Source: Mobula hypostoma (lineage: Eukaryota). From it: 64,000 nt of DNA. Under the pieces are notes generated by a model, which was given only the letters and a program-made list of their open reading frames with translations, did not search any database and was not told the origin of the DNA. This document shows positions 1 to 12,095 of the stretch, one piece after another. A program made the position numbers and the translations under genes. The stretch is taken from assembly GCF_963921235.1 (NCBI RefSeq), contig NC_086111.1, positions 23,250,001 through 23,314,000 of the forward strand, written 5' to 3'. The number at the start of each line of letters is the position of its first letter. Within the stretch, counting starts at the first letter, position 1.

Positions 1-69
1 TCATGCTCACAAGATACTCAATTACATCATGGTCATATGACAGTCACAAGATTACCACGAGGTATGTAA

Positions 70-1700
70 CACTGTGTTTTACCGTAGCCGACGTGAGGAG
101 AACCTTGTGCGGGGTCAACCCACGGAAGGCTGCTGGACCAGATGATATTCCCGGCAGAGTGCTTAGAGGATGTGCAGAGCAGCTAGCAGAGATTCTCACT
201 GACATCTTCAACATCTCCCTGAGCAGCGCCGTCATTCCTACGTGCTTCAAGGCTGCCACCATCGTCCCCATGCCGAAGAATTCTTCAGTGTCCTGCCTCA
301 AAAACTACCATCCCGTTGCACTCACATCCATCAACATGAAGTGCTTCGAGAGGTTTGTCATGAGGCACATCAAGACCCTGCTGCCCCCCTCACTAGACCC
401 CCTGCAGTTCACATACCATCCCAACTGTTCAACAGACGACGCCATTGCCATCACCCTCCACCTGGCCCTAACCCACCTGGACAAAAAAAGACACGCAGGT
501 TCGAATGCTGTTCATAGACTTCAGTTCAGCATTCAACACAATCATTCCTCAGAAACTGACTGGAAAGCTGAGCCTACTGGGCCTGAACACCTCCCTCTGC
601 AACTGGATCCTAGACTTCCTGACTGGGAGACCTCAGTCAGTCCGGGTCGGGAGCAGCATCTCCCAACACCATCACACTGAGCACGGGGGCACCCCGGGGC
701 TGTGTGCTCAGTCCACTGCTGTTCACTCTGCTGACCCACGACAGGCTGCAGCACACAGCTCGAACCACATCAGGTTCACCGATGACCCAACCATGGTGGG
801 TCTCATCAGCAAGAACAATGAGTCAGCATACAGAGAGGAGGTGCAGAGGCTAACAGACTGGTGCAGAGCCAATAACCTGTCTCTGAATGTGAACAAAACA
901 AAAGAAGATAGTTGTTGACTTCAGGAGGACACGGAACAACCATTCTCCACTGAACATCGATGACTCCTCTTTAGAGATCATTAACAGCACCAAATTTCTT
1001 GGTGTTCACCCGGTGGAGAATCTCACCTGGTCCTTCAACACCAGCTCCATAGCAAAGAAAGCCCAGCAGCGTCTCTACTTTTTACAAAGGCTGAGAAAAG
1101 TCCATCTCCCACCCCCCATCCTCACCACATTCTACAGAGGTTGTATTGAGAGCATCCTGAGCAGCTGCATCACTGCCTGGTTCAGAAATTGCACCATCTC
1201 AGATCGCAAGATCCTGCAGTGAGGTCAGCTGAGAAGATCATCGGGGTCTCTCTTCCCGCCATTACAGACACTTACACCACACGCTGCATCCATAAAGCAA
1301 ACAGCATTATGAAGGACCCCACACACCCCTCATACAAACTCTTCTCCCTCCTGCCATCTGGAAAAGGCACCGAAGTATTCGGGCTCTCATAACCAGACTA
1401 TGTAACAGTTTCTTCCCCCAAGTCATCAGACTCCTCAATACCCAGAGCCTGGACTGACACCAACCTACTGCCCTCTACTGTGCCTATTGCCTTGTTTATT
1501 ATTTATCGTAATGCCTGCACTGTTCTGTGCATTTTATGCAGTCCTGGGTAGGTCTGTAGTCTAGTGTAGTTTTGTGTTGTTTTACGTAGTTTTGAATTGT
1601 TTCATGTAGCACCACTGTCCTGAATAATGTTGTCTCGTTTTTACTGTGTACTGTACCAGCAGTTATGGTCAAAATGACAATAAAAAGTGACCTGACTTGA
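70..1700 (+). mobile_element. Rex1/Babar-clade LINE, 5'-truncated, frameshifted RT
   Basis: ORF pieces [37 protein letters not shown]; 3' AATAAA followed by a (TGACT)-like tail. Confidence 0.85.
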
Positions 1701-1931
1701 CAAAACATTTGCTTAAAACAAGTAAATCTGTCCCAGATTATCTGCAACCAGGCCATATAAGGGGAAGAACACTGCCAAGCTCAGCTAACACCAAGTACAC
1801 AAGACGCTGACTGTCCAATGTCTTACATCAAAATACATTGGAAACAAGTACCCTTAGGCTACCTCTTCCAGAACGAATTAACAAAAACCTATAAAGTATA
1901 AACTTCACCTTTAACTTTTTGGTGCTACAGT

Positions 1932-2073
1932 NNNNNNNNNNNNNNNNNNNNNNNNNNNNNNNNNNNNNNNNNNNNNNNNNNNNNNNNNNNNNNNNNNNNN
2001 NNNNNNNNNNNNNNNNNNNNNNNNNNNNNNNNNNNNNNNNNNNNNNNNNNNNNNNNNNNNNNNNNNNNNNNNN
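1932..2073. other. Assembly gap (142 N)
   Basis: Run of N. Confidence 1.
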
Positions 2074-4469
2074 GCCATTTGTTTTAACTACTGCATACAA
2101 AAAGTCTAAGAACTTCATTTATCCTGAGCTTTACCATTTTTGCACTCATTCTCATGTGGTTGGGAAGGGCAAGAAGTGGTCAGGACATAGTTTTGGAAGG
2201 GTAAAAGAAACTTATTTATATTGTCCCATACACATTTCATTAGGTATTATGATTAGACAAAAAATGCAATAGACTATTCACATAAATAATGGCTTCAAAA
2301 TGTCAGAGACCCAATTTTCTGACAGCTTACATCCTGAGGCATTAGCAAGCAGTGAGGATACTCTTCACTTGCCCGGATGAGTGAGGTTCCAACAACTCAA
2401 GATGTTCAGCACCACAAGGGCAAAGCAGCCTGCTTGATTGGTACCTTGTGCACCACCACCACGAATGTACATCAACATAAACACAATGCACCATTTATTC
2501 ATCTAGGCTACAACAACAGCACCTCCCAAAACAATCTCTAGCTCTAAGAGCTCCCCATCATTGTAGGAGAATCTTCACAAAAAAAGCCTGACGTGGTTTA
2601 AGTCAGCCTGTCTACCTGTTTCTAAAGGACAATTAGGGATAGGCAATGAACCTCACATTGACAGCAACACTCAGATTCTGAAAATGAAAATAATTAAAGG
2701 GGGGCAGGGTGGGCAGCTATGCAGAAACCATTAATATTAAATGCCCTGACTGTAATTCATGCTGCTTGTCTTTCATATTTAATACATACACATTCTTCAC
2801 ATAAATAAGTCCTTCACCACTGTTATTTTGCCTTTCAACTCAGATATTTAACACAGAAAGTTCATAATTTTCCTACATTCTGAAAATTAGGTATGAAAAA
2901 AACAACTAGCCATGTAGTTTTGAACTTAATTTGAAACCTCACATCAACCGAATCTTTTTGCACATTTAAGAGTTTTGCACTTACGGTGTTAACTATCAAA
3001 CCATTTCATGAATGTTGAAAAAATATAGATATAAAGCTCAACTAAACTAAACTAAATCAGTATCATTCAGTAAACAGAATCTGGAACTCCAATTACTTGG
3101 TCAATGTGTGACCTTTGCATCCAGAATCAGAAATGGGCAAACAAATCACCGTTAAGCAGCTCTGAATCATCAGAAGTAATTGGCAACATTCCCTGAATTG
3201 TGCAACAATTAGTTAGTCTTAATTTTCCAGTTCTGCTTGTCTACTTGTATCCAAAATTTGACTGAAATCTTATTGCTATCAGAGTAATAATTTGCCAGTG
3301 AATATTAGCAGTTGGCTGTTTATTAGCATAGCAATTCAGCCCTAGAATAATAAAGGGCAGACATCCATTATGTAATGTACTCTGCAACTATAAAATCACT
3401 ACAGAATCAATTTAAGTAGAAAAGCAAAGCAGTAACCTCTAGAAGAACTCAACACCAAACCATCTGTACACTCGATTCACTGTAGTGCTTATGGTCCTCC
3501 AGCACAAACACGACAAACACGACTGCTACTTAATAGCCATGCATTATTTTAGACGACTTGGCTCAAACTGCAGATCATGCTGAAAAAAACTGGCTGGGAA
3601 CTCTGCTTTTTACATGGCTGCACCAGATAGCTGGTGTGAAATCTTGCCCTTTGCCAATACTGCCTCAGCAATGAATTGACCACAGCCTTTTATGGAGAGG
3701 TCGTCTCTGAGGGTCAGTGTTGGGTGGATCAGGAGAGTAATGTGACCATTTTACACTGAGAACAGCAATGAGTGCAGATCATTGATGGGACTGTCAGCAT
3801 CTCCTCCGTGTATTGATCACCTTTTTGGAGGGAACTTCAGTTGCCTTCTTCCTCCTTCCGTGTGGCTCCACAACTCTCCCAGCCCAGAGATTTCTCCATA
3901 GTAACAAGCTCAACAATGTTCAGCATTAATCCACAATGATGGCACCAGCTCTCAGAAGCAGCTTCTCCACACAGACAGGCTCATTGCTAGACATGCACCT
4001 GATTCTCAGCACAGCAGATGTAAGACCAGGAATTTGGCTAAGTTTCTCACTTTGATATGAGAACAAGCACAAGCTTGGATCAGTATTTAAAAAAATGTCA
4101 GTGTATTTGGAAACCTTACATAGTACTGCAAATGCTTACCAAACCAACACAGGATGGTCTCAAATTTTTAGATTTGTAAACATTCAGGAAGTTTTCCTCG
4201 CCTGTTTAAAAAAAAGTGCCCAATTCTAAATAAACACACCTCTCTCGGCTACGGCAGTTGTGCCATGCAAGTTACCTTATAATTAAAACACACGTGTTTT
4301 GAGGGTCAAGATTCCCCTTCACAGATCAAACAGAGGATAAAGGAGTTCATATACTCTGAGGGAAATTTCACATGGGTAGGAACAGGAGAGAATACCAGAT
4401 GATTGGTTAACTACACTTTTAATAACTGCATCAATGATTGGATTATTGTAGGAATGAAAAAAAGTGTTT

Positions 4470-5405
4470 CAGCTCGACATTTAACACCATCACCCCGCTC
4501 AATAGTGATACTAATCAACAAGCTTCAAAGCCTGGGCCTTCCTCATCAGGAGACCAGTCAGTGCAGATCAGTAATGATATTGCTTTCTTGCTGACATCAA
4601 CACAAACACACTTGAAGGTTGCATGTTGAGCCCACTGCTCTCATCTCTCTACACTCATGACTACATGGCTCAGCACAAATACCATCTATAAATTCACTGA
4701 TGACACTACTGTCGTTGGCAGGATCTCAGGCAGCGACGAAGTGGTGTACGGGAGTGAGACAGATCAGCTGGCTGAGCAGTGTCGCAACAACAATCCTGCA
4801 CTCAATGTCAGTCAGCAATACCAAACAATTGATTGTGGACTTCAGGAACGGGAGATTGGGAGACACACACCTGCCCTCATTGAAGGTACAGGAGTGGAAA
4901 AGGTGAGCATTTTCAAAGGCATTAACACCTCAAAGGATATATTCTGGGTCCAACATGCTGATGCAATCATGAAGGCATGCTAGTGGCTGTATGTATTCAG
5001 AGTTTGAGTAGATTTATTAGGTCAAAGATTTTAACAAATATCTACAGATGCTGGAGAGCATTCAGACTGGTTTCATCACAGCCTGGTATGGAGGTTCCAA
5101 CACACAAGATCAAGAGGCTGCCAGCTCCACAGGCACAAGCCTCTCCAACATCAAGGGGATCTTCAAACGGCAACGTCTCAAAGCAGCATCCATCATTACG
5201 GACCCTCAATGTCCAGGACATGCCATCTTCTCATTCCTACCATCAGGGAGGAGATCAGGAGCCTAAAAACACTCAACATTTTGGGAACAGTTTTTCCCCC
5301 TCTGTAGACTTCTGACTAGGCCTCATTCATTCTCTTTCGCACCATTTTTTATTGCTGCCATAAAACAACAAATTTCATGATATATCAGTGATAATAAATT
5401 TGACT
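4470..5405 (+). mobile_element. Decayed Rex-Babar LINE 3' part
   Basis: [14 protein letters not shown] and HAIFSFLPSGRR fragments. Confidence 0.75.
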
Positions 5406-5513
5406 GATTAAGATGAGGTTGAAACAGAAAATAACATTGAAACTAAACTTTTATATTTCAAGTTTTTAAATAATTTGACCCAACTCTAGATGTATTATTT
5501 TGATCTGCGATTA

Positions 5514-6269
5514 CAGTGAGTTCTGGTTAACTGGGACAGCAGAACCAGTACGTTGTCGCCAAATTAGTGGCTGCCCCAATTAGGTGAAGTTTCACAGAAA
5601 TAATTTAAAAAGTACAAAAAAGACAAACTGCCGTTTAAATGAAATACAGAAGAAATTAGAACTTTACCAAGACTACTGCAGTACTATAAAACTGTGCTTT
5701 AGTTTCTAATATTCACAGATGCAACCATGTATTTTTGATTGACTGTAAATGGCACAAATTCAGCACAGACACTTAGTGCAGATAATGGACTGCCTTCAAA
5801 CAATACTTTCGACGATTACCTCCTCCAAATCTTCATTTTCATAGTAACATTCAAGATGATTGCTGATACCTTCAAATTCTTTGCCATTCTTAACTTGAAA
5901 TAGTGAAGTAGTTTTATTTTCATGCCTGGCCGTTTCTGGCATCTCCGAGCTGGACTGCTTGAAACCATAGTGAGTAACACAGTTCTAGACTGTCTTACTG
6001 CTTATTACTTGCCAACTATCAGTGACATAAAACACTTTTTTTTAAAAATACAAACACACAGAGGTGGCACTATTTAAAAACCGTACGCTCTACACACAGT
6101 GTAATCTCTGACAGGAACACAACATGCACAGAAACTTCAGCAACAGTCTCCTGTCCCAATTAAGTGGCATAGAGTCCCAAATAAACAAAAGGAATCCAGG
6201 CTATTTTCTCAATTTGGTTCTGTTATTTAAGAGATGTCCCCTGATGGCCCAATTAACCAGAATCCACTG
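5514..6269. mobile_element. Tigger/pogo-like (Tc1/mariner superfamily) non-autonomous DNA transposon
   Basis: TIRs CAGTGAGTTCTGGTTAACTGGG and CAGTGGATTCTGGTTAATTGGG (reverse complement), with TA on both flanks. Confidence 0.8.
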
Positions 6270-7464
6270 TATATGACTGATACAATTTGGAATACTGCTC
6301 TTTAGGTGAGTAAACTTCCCTGGATTTGTGTGTGTTTGGAGCACAGGCTCAATTCTCATTCAATGATAACTAAGCTGGTTTTACCAAAGGACTGCACTTG
6401 ACATTCTGCCAATCAACAAACCAATTATAGCTCGTTTGACTTGTCCTTTTCCAAAGCTGAAGTGGGATTCTTGGCAAGAGGATTAAAACCATTCACAATT
6501 TCCCATTATGGGTAAATGTGTAATTGAAACTAAAGGCCAAGGCTCAAATATGGGCTATAGATATTTTCTGAAGATCAAATACAAGCCAGTATCCTTAGGT
6601 GAATAATAATGTAATTATAAAAACAGTATTCTGTATATACTCAGCAGGTCAGGCAGCACCTGTGAAGAGAGAAACAATTCAGAGTTCAGTTCAATGGTCT
6701 TTCATCAGGACAAGGAACAGAGAAACAGGTTAAGATACAGAAAGGGCAAGGGGTGAAGAGGGAAAGTATGATTAGAAAGAGGAAAGATGTAAATGAGAGG
6801 AATGATATAGTAAGTAAAAGGCGTAAATGTAGAATATTCTGAAATTATCAAAACAACAGAAGGAATGCTACAAATTATATTAGAGGAGGCTCTAATTTGA
6901 ATTTCTAAAAAATGTGTTATTCCTGATGAAAGAATGTAGGAGGCCAAAAACAGATCAAAGTACAAAAGGGATGGAGAATTAAAGTGACAGTTGATTAGAA
7001 GCTTAGGGCCACAACTGTGGACTGAAGCAAATACAGAAGCCACATTGTGAACAAATGACTGAATATTGCATAGGTAAATCACTGCTTCACATAGAAAATG
7101 TGTTCTGGATTGTGAACAGGAAGGTTACAAATATGCATTAATTGGATTTACTATTGCTGAATGAAAATGGGTAATGGAAATTAAAATATTTTGAAATGAT
7201 TTTCAGACAGGATCAAAAATCCAAAAGGATCAAACTGTTACAAAGTAAAAATATCAAAATTCCTAATATATGGCTCACACTGTTTGGAGCAAAGAACTGC
7301 CAATCCAACACAGAAACAGAAAATGCTAGAAGAGGCAGCATCAGTGGAGAAATATTCAGGACAAGAATATTTCAGAACTAGAATTCTATTATTTGAAAAA
7401 TCTTGTCATTTGATGGTCAAAATTTCCCCATGCCATTTTCTTATGTTGGCCCAAAATGGCAACT

Positions 7465-8002
7465 CAAACATGAGGAATTCTGCAGATGCTGGAAATTCCA
7501 GCAACATACATCAAAGTTGCTGGTGAACGCAGCAGGCCAGGCAGCATCTATAGGAAGAAGTACAGTCGACGTTTCAGGCCCAGACCCTTCGTCAGGACTA
7601 ACTGAAGGAAGAGCTAGTAAGAGATTTGAAAGTGGGAGGGGGAGGGGGAGATCCAAAATGATAGGAGGAAACAGGAGGGGGAGGGATGGAGCCGAGAGCT
7701 GGACAGGTGATTGGCAAAAGGTGATATGAGAGCATCATGGGACAGGAGGCCCAGGGAGAAGGAAAAGGGGGAGGGGGGGGAAACCCAGAGTATGGGCAAG
7801 GGGTATAGTCGGGGGGGGGGAGAGGGGGGAGAGAGAACATGTGTATATAAATAAATAACGGATGGGGTACGAGGGGGAGGTGGGGCATTAGCAGAAGTTT
7901 GAGAAGTCAATGTTCATGTCATCAGGTTGGAGGCTACCCAGACGGAATATAAGGTGTTGTTCCTCCAACCTGAGTGTGGCTTCATCTTTACAGTAGAGGA
8001 GG
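7465..8002 (-). mobile_element. Penelope-like element 3' terminal fragment with 14-bp TSD
   Basis: GIY-YIG C-terminus LLYCKDEATLRLEEQHLIFRLGSLQP. CCAAAATGGCAACT is duplicated at 7451-7464 and 8003-8016. Carries a hammerhead motif. Confidence 0.85.
7564..7599 (-). ncRNA. Minimal type I hammerhead ribozyme motif (intact core)
   Basis: Minus strand reads AGUC CUGACGA AGGGUCUGGGCCU GAAA CGUC^GACU: stem I AGUC/GACU, core CUGANGA and GAAA, GUC triplet, palindromic ACGU stem III. Confidence 0.8.
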
Positions 8003-9451
8003 CCAAAATGGCAACTGTTGTTTTCACCACTGGCAGTATCTGGGTTAATTGAAGCTGGCTCATACCCGAGCAAACAAGTGAATTTTAAATGGCCAACAAA
8101 ACAGCAATGCAAATTACATTAAATCTGGTTTGCCAAAGTCTGGCACCCACAGCAATTAGCAAGTAACTAAAGATCAACAGCATCTCCCAACCTGCTGACA
8201 GGTACTACTGGAAAGGTCATTTTTCTTGAGTCACTGTGGAGCAGGGTTTCAATCTGAAACAATGACAATTGCTTTCTCCTCAAAGATACCGATTGGCCTG
8301 CTAGAGTTTCTCCACCACTGTGTGCTGCTTCATACTTCAACAACTATCTAAAGCTCTCTTGCTTAAAGTCAACTTGCCAGCTTTTTTCCCCTCTGCACAT
8401 TCATTGTAATGCACCTTCCATAACTCATATTACAAAAAAACACAAGAGCCCTGTAGAACTCGACTGAAAAGAAAAGGCTTCCAGTCATTAAAAATGTGTC
8501 AACTACCTACTGCTACCTGCCACTGAGCAAATTTATTAATAACCTTCTCCTTTTGGATACAATGGACTTTTGATCAACCTACAACTGGAGCTTGTCAAAG
8601 CCCGTTAGGCTTCATCTTCCTTGTGGAGACAGCTAAGACATATTCATTAAGAACCCAATTAATATTTTTCCACTTCCAGACAGAGGTAAATGGAAACTTT
8701 GAATCTCTGATAGTTGTCCTGATTTTCTTTATGTAAAACAAGATCTTTGGATTTAATTTTTCCTCTTGCAGTATTCTTTCATGACTTAATTTCCAATGTT
8801 CTTCTTAATTTCACACTTTCTGACCTTTGACTATTAATTTGTCAGCATTCTCACATGCGTAAACTGCTTTTCAGTCAAATGCACTCAATTTTACTTTCAA
8901 GTCATGACCATGTAGGCTGAGATGCCTCCACACAAACCAGTCTTTGCTCAGCCCTGTACAGTTAAAAGGCTTTGGTGCGCTCAAGAACACAGCCAGTATA
9001 CTACTAAGCAATACTGCACTGTCAGAAAGCTAGGTCTTAAATTATTCAGGTAGACAGACTATTCAGAAATGTAAGTTATAATAAAAATGAACCAAAAACT
9101 AATTATGGAAACAAATGTATGAATCAATAGCTGCATAAATCAAATCTGAGATCTTTGAAGCCAGATACACACCTCAAATCCCTCAGAACTAGTCAAGGAA
9201 TGATAGCGATTTTTGATGATTTTCCTAAAATGTTATTTGCCTGCCAGTAGGCAGATTTTTTTTTAAACAGCCAAGATATTGTACAAGCTTTCAGTTAGAT
9301 AAGTCTTTTAACCTTTTCAAGACCAGAACTAACGTTGTCTTTAACAAATAAACAATCATATACCTAAATAATACATTTACTTTGGATTTTGAAATCATTA
9401 TATTTGTAAGTGCAAAGCAATGTGTGCTGTGGCAAACAGGAATCCTCATAA

Positions 9452-10190
9452 GTGCATTTAGTGGCCACTTTATTAGGTACAGGAGGTACCTAATAAAGTG
9501 GTCATTGAGTATATTTGTGATATTTTGCTGCTGTAACCCATCCAATTCAAGATTCAACATATTATTGTGTTCCGCACACCCGTTAACATGTGATCATTTG
9601 AGTTACTGTTGCCTTCCTGTCAGTTTGAACCAGCCCAGCCATTCTCCTCTGAGCTCCCTCATTAACAAAGTGTTTCTTCCCACAGAACTGCTCATTGAGT
9701 GTGTTTTGTTTCTCACATCATTATCTGTAAACTCTAGAGACTGTTCTGTGTGAAAATCCCAGGAGACCAGCAGTTTCTGAGATATTGAAACTACCCCCGT
9801 CTGGCACAATGATTCCACAGTCAAGGTCACTTAGATCACATTTCTTCCTCATTCTGATGTAGAGTCTGAACAACTGAACCTCTTGACATTATGTGCATGC
9901 TTTTATGCCTTGAGCTGCTGCCATCTGATTGGCTGACAACATTCCCCCTAAATTTTTTTTACAGCAATGCAGACCAAGCATTGCTCTGAACAGGACATTT
10001 TCCACGGCTTGAAAACTGCACAACATTGTATATTATCATAAAAAAGAAAATTCCAGCTGTGCCATAAAGGTTATGTGTACGGGAGTGTTGTAGTGACTGT
10101 GATGCTGCGCAGTTTAGAAGGAAGAAAGTGGTGGCTGAATAGGTACTTGCATTAACGAGGTGTACCTCATAAAGTGGGCACTGAGTTTAC
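9452..10190. mobile_element. Tc1-like transposon derivative
   Basis: Terminal motif (C)AGTGGCCACTTTATTAGGTAC and its reverse complement at the ends. The internal part is related, in inverted orientation, to 25860-26320. Confidence 0.65.
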
Positions 10191-10739
10191 TTACACAGAA
10201 CAACAGTGACAGTAATTTGAAGAAACTGTTTCCTTTAGTGAGCCTTGAAAAGTGTTGCTACCATAACAGCCAGATGTGCAGAGTCACTTTCCCTCCCAAT
10301 TAACTACAGGTTCATAGGGTCTCCAATGGGAATTCATCAGAGCGGCAATTAAAAGAAAGATAAACAGGAGAGTATGGCAACGAGCGAACTTCTGAGTACC
10401 GATCCACCTACAAGAATGCAAAACCAAAACTGAGCACTAACCAAATAAGACTGAAAACATCGTGTGGTGCAAATTAATAACACCCGAGTAGCAAATGCAA
10501 ACCACTGAATAATATGGCTTGTAATATTTTGTCTGTACATCGCCCAGCCTCACACCTGCCTACACAAGAGAAACCTCCCGCACCAGCCTTCAAACCCACC
10601 TACACCTACACCCACACCCACCCGCCCCACTCAATTCCCGGGTTCCACACCACCCCGAGGCCTTCCCCACCCCAATCAGTCTCCACAGCCACATACCCCG
10701 CCCCAACCCACCCCGGCTCTCCACCCCCCCCCCACCCCT

Positions 10740-11140
10740 TACCTCCTGCGGCTGAATACGAAGGGGGTAGCACCTAGCCGCCCGCTGCGGTACCGGGCCA
10801 GGCTCTGCTGGCGTTCGCCGTCGGCTGTGTCGGTGACGGCGCCCGAGCCGAAGGGCCAGAAGCTGCGGCCTTTGGAACTGCTGCCGCCCATGTCAGCGGG
10901 AGACCATCCCCAGCGGCCAGGCTCGGGGACGGGCAGAGTGCGGGGAGAGGCCGGAACCGGGGCCGCCACCGCCTGTCGTTCCCCTTCTCCTCACTCGTGT
11001 CAGCGCCAGTCACAAGGACCCCACCTGCGACCAGGAACTGTCTACGCAGCCGCCTGACAGAAGAACAACTTCCGCTCGGTGGGCAGGATGTGACGTTGGT
11101 GCGGGCGAAGCCGGGCTTGGTTACCTGATTTAGGTGGGTG
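10740..11140 (-). promoter_or_regulatory. CpG-rich TUSC2 promoter/5'UTR with ETS-like (GCGGAAGT, ~11068-11075) and CRE half-site (TGACGT, ~11090) motifs
   Basis: Sharp local rise in GC and CpG around the first exon; motifs read directly from the sequence. Confidence 0.7.
10743..10891 (-). CDS. TUSC2: TUSC2 (FUS1) coding exon 1; remaining exons not found in window
   Basis: Translates MGGSSSKGRSFWPFGSGAVTDTADGERQQSLARYRSGRLGATPFVFSRR, resembling human TUSC2 (MGASGSKARGLWPF...PFVFTRRG). Has an N-myristoylation motif G2/S6/K7, Kozak GACATGG, and donor AG|GTAAGG (phase 2). Adjacent to RASSF1 as in human. Confidence 0.93.
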
Positions 11141-11569
11141 CGTTGGTTTGAATGCTCCATTATTACTAACGGACTCTTGTTAATAATAAAATACATGTTT
11201 CATAACATTGCAGTGCTGTTCTTAAACACATGACCAAAAGATATAGCAGTATATGGATCATCTGCAGAGGAGGAGGAATGCTAAATGGAGTGTAATGCGG
11301 GCAAGTGTGAGAGGTTTCCCTTCGGGAGGTCAAATGTAAGGGAATAGTACGTACAGTGTTAATGGCAGGACCTGAACAACCTTGATGTATAGAGGGAACT
11401 CGAGGTCCAAGTCCATAGCACGCTTAATGTGGTGCACAAGTTGATAGGATGGTAAAGAAAGCATATGGCATGCTTGATTTTATTAGTTAAGCCATTAAGT
11501 TGAAGGGTCAGGAAGGTATGTTGCACCTTTGTAGAACTCTGGTTGGGCTGCATCTGGAGTATTGCCTTC

Positions 11570-12095
11570 TAGCAACACACATCAAAGTTGCTGGTGAACG
11601 CAGCAGGCCAGGCAGCATCTCTAGGAAGAGGTGCAGTCGACGTTTCAGGCCGAGACCCTTCATCAGGACTAACTGAAGGAAGTGTGAGTAAGAGATTTGA
11701 AAGTTGGAGGGAGAGGGGGAGATCCAAAATGATAGGAGAAGACAGGAGGGGGAAGGATGGAGCCAAGAGCTGGACAGGTGATTGGCAAAAGGGATATGAG
11801 AGGATCATGGGACAGGAGGTCCGGGAAGAAAGGCAAGGGGGGGGAACCCAGAGGATGGGCAAGGGGTATATTCAGAGGGACAGAGGGAGAAAAAGGAGAG
11901 AGTGAGAAAGAATGTGTGTATAAAAATAAATAACGGATGGGGTACGAGGGGGAGGTGGGGCCTAGCGGAAGTTAGAGAAGTCGATGTTCATGCCATCAGG
12001 TTGGAGGCTACCCAGACGGAATATAAGGTGTTGTTCCTCCAACCTGAGTGTGGCTTCATCTTTACAGTAGAGGAGGACGTGGATAGACATGTCAA
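11570..12095 (-). mobile_element. Penelope-like element 3' terminal fragment, close paralog of 7465-8002
   Basis: Highly similar to the 7.5-8.0 kb copy along its length; same GIY-YIG tail. Confidence 0.85.
11635..11670 (-). ncRNA. Minimal type I hammerhead ribozyme motif (intact core)
   Basis: AGUC CUGAUGA AGGGUCUCGGCCU GAAA CGUC^GACU. Confidence 0.8.

Noticed and set aside
1-10742. TUSC2 exons 2-3 (expected ...YDEDGDLAHEFYEE...)
   Set aside because: Not found by eye on the minus strand. They probably lie left of the window; the N gap flanks show no clear splice signals.
10892-10969. N-terminal extension of TUSC2 suggested by the ORF track
   Set aside because: It starts at GTG, and the ATG at 10891 has good Kozak context and is needed to expose the myristoylation Gly2.
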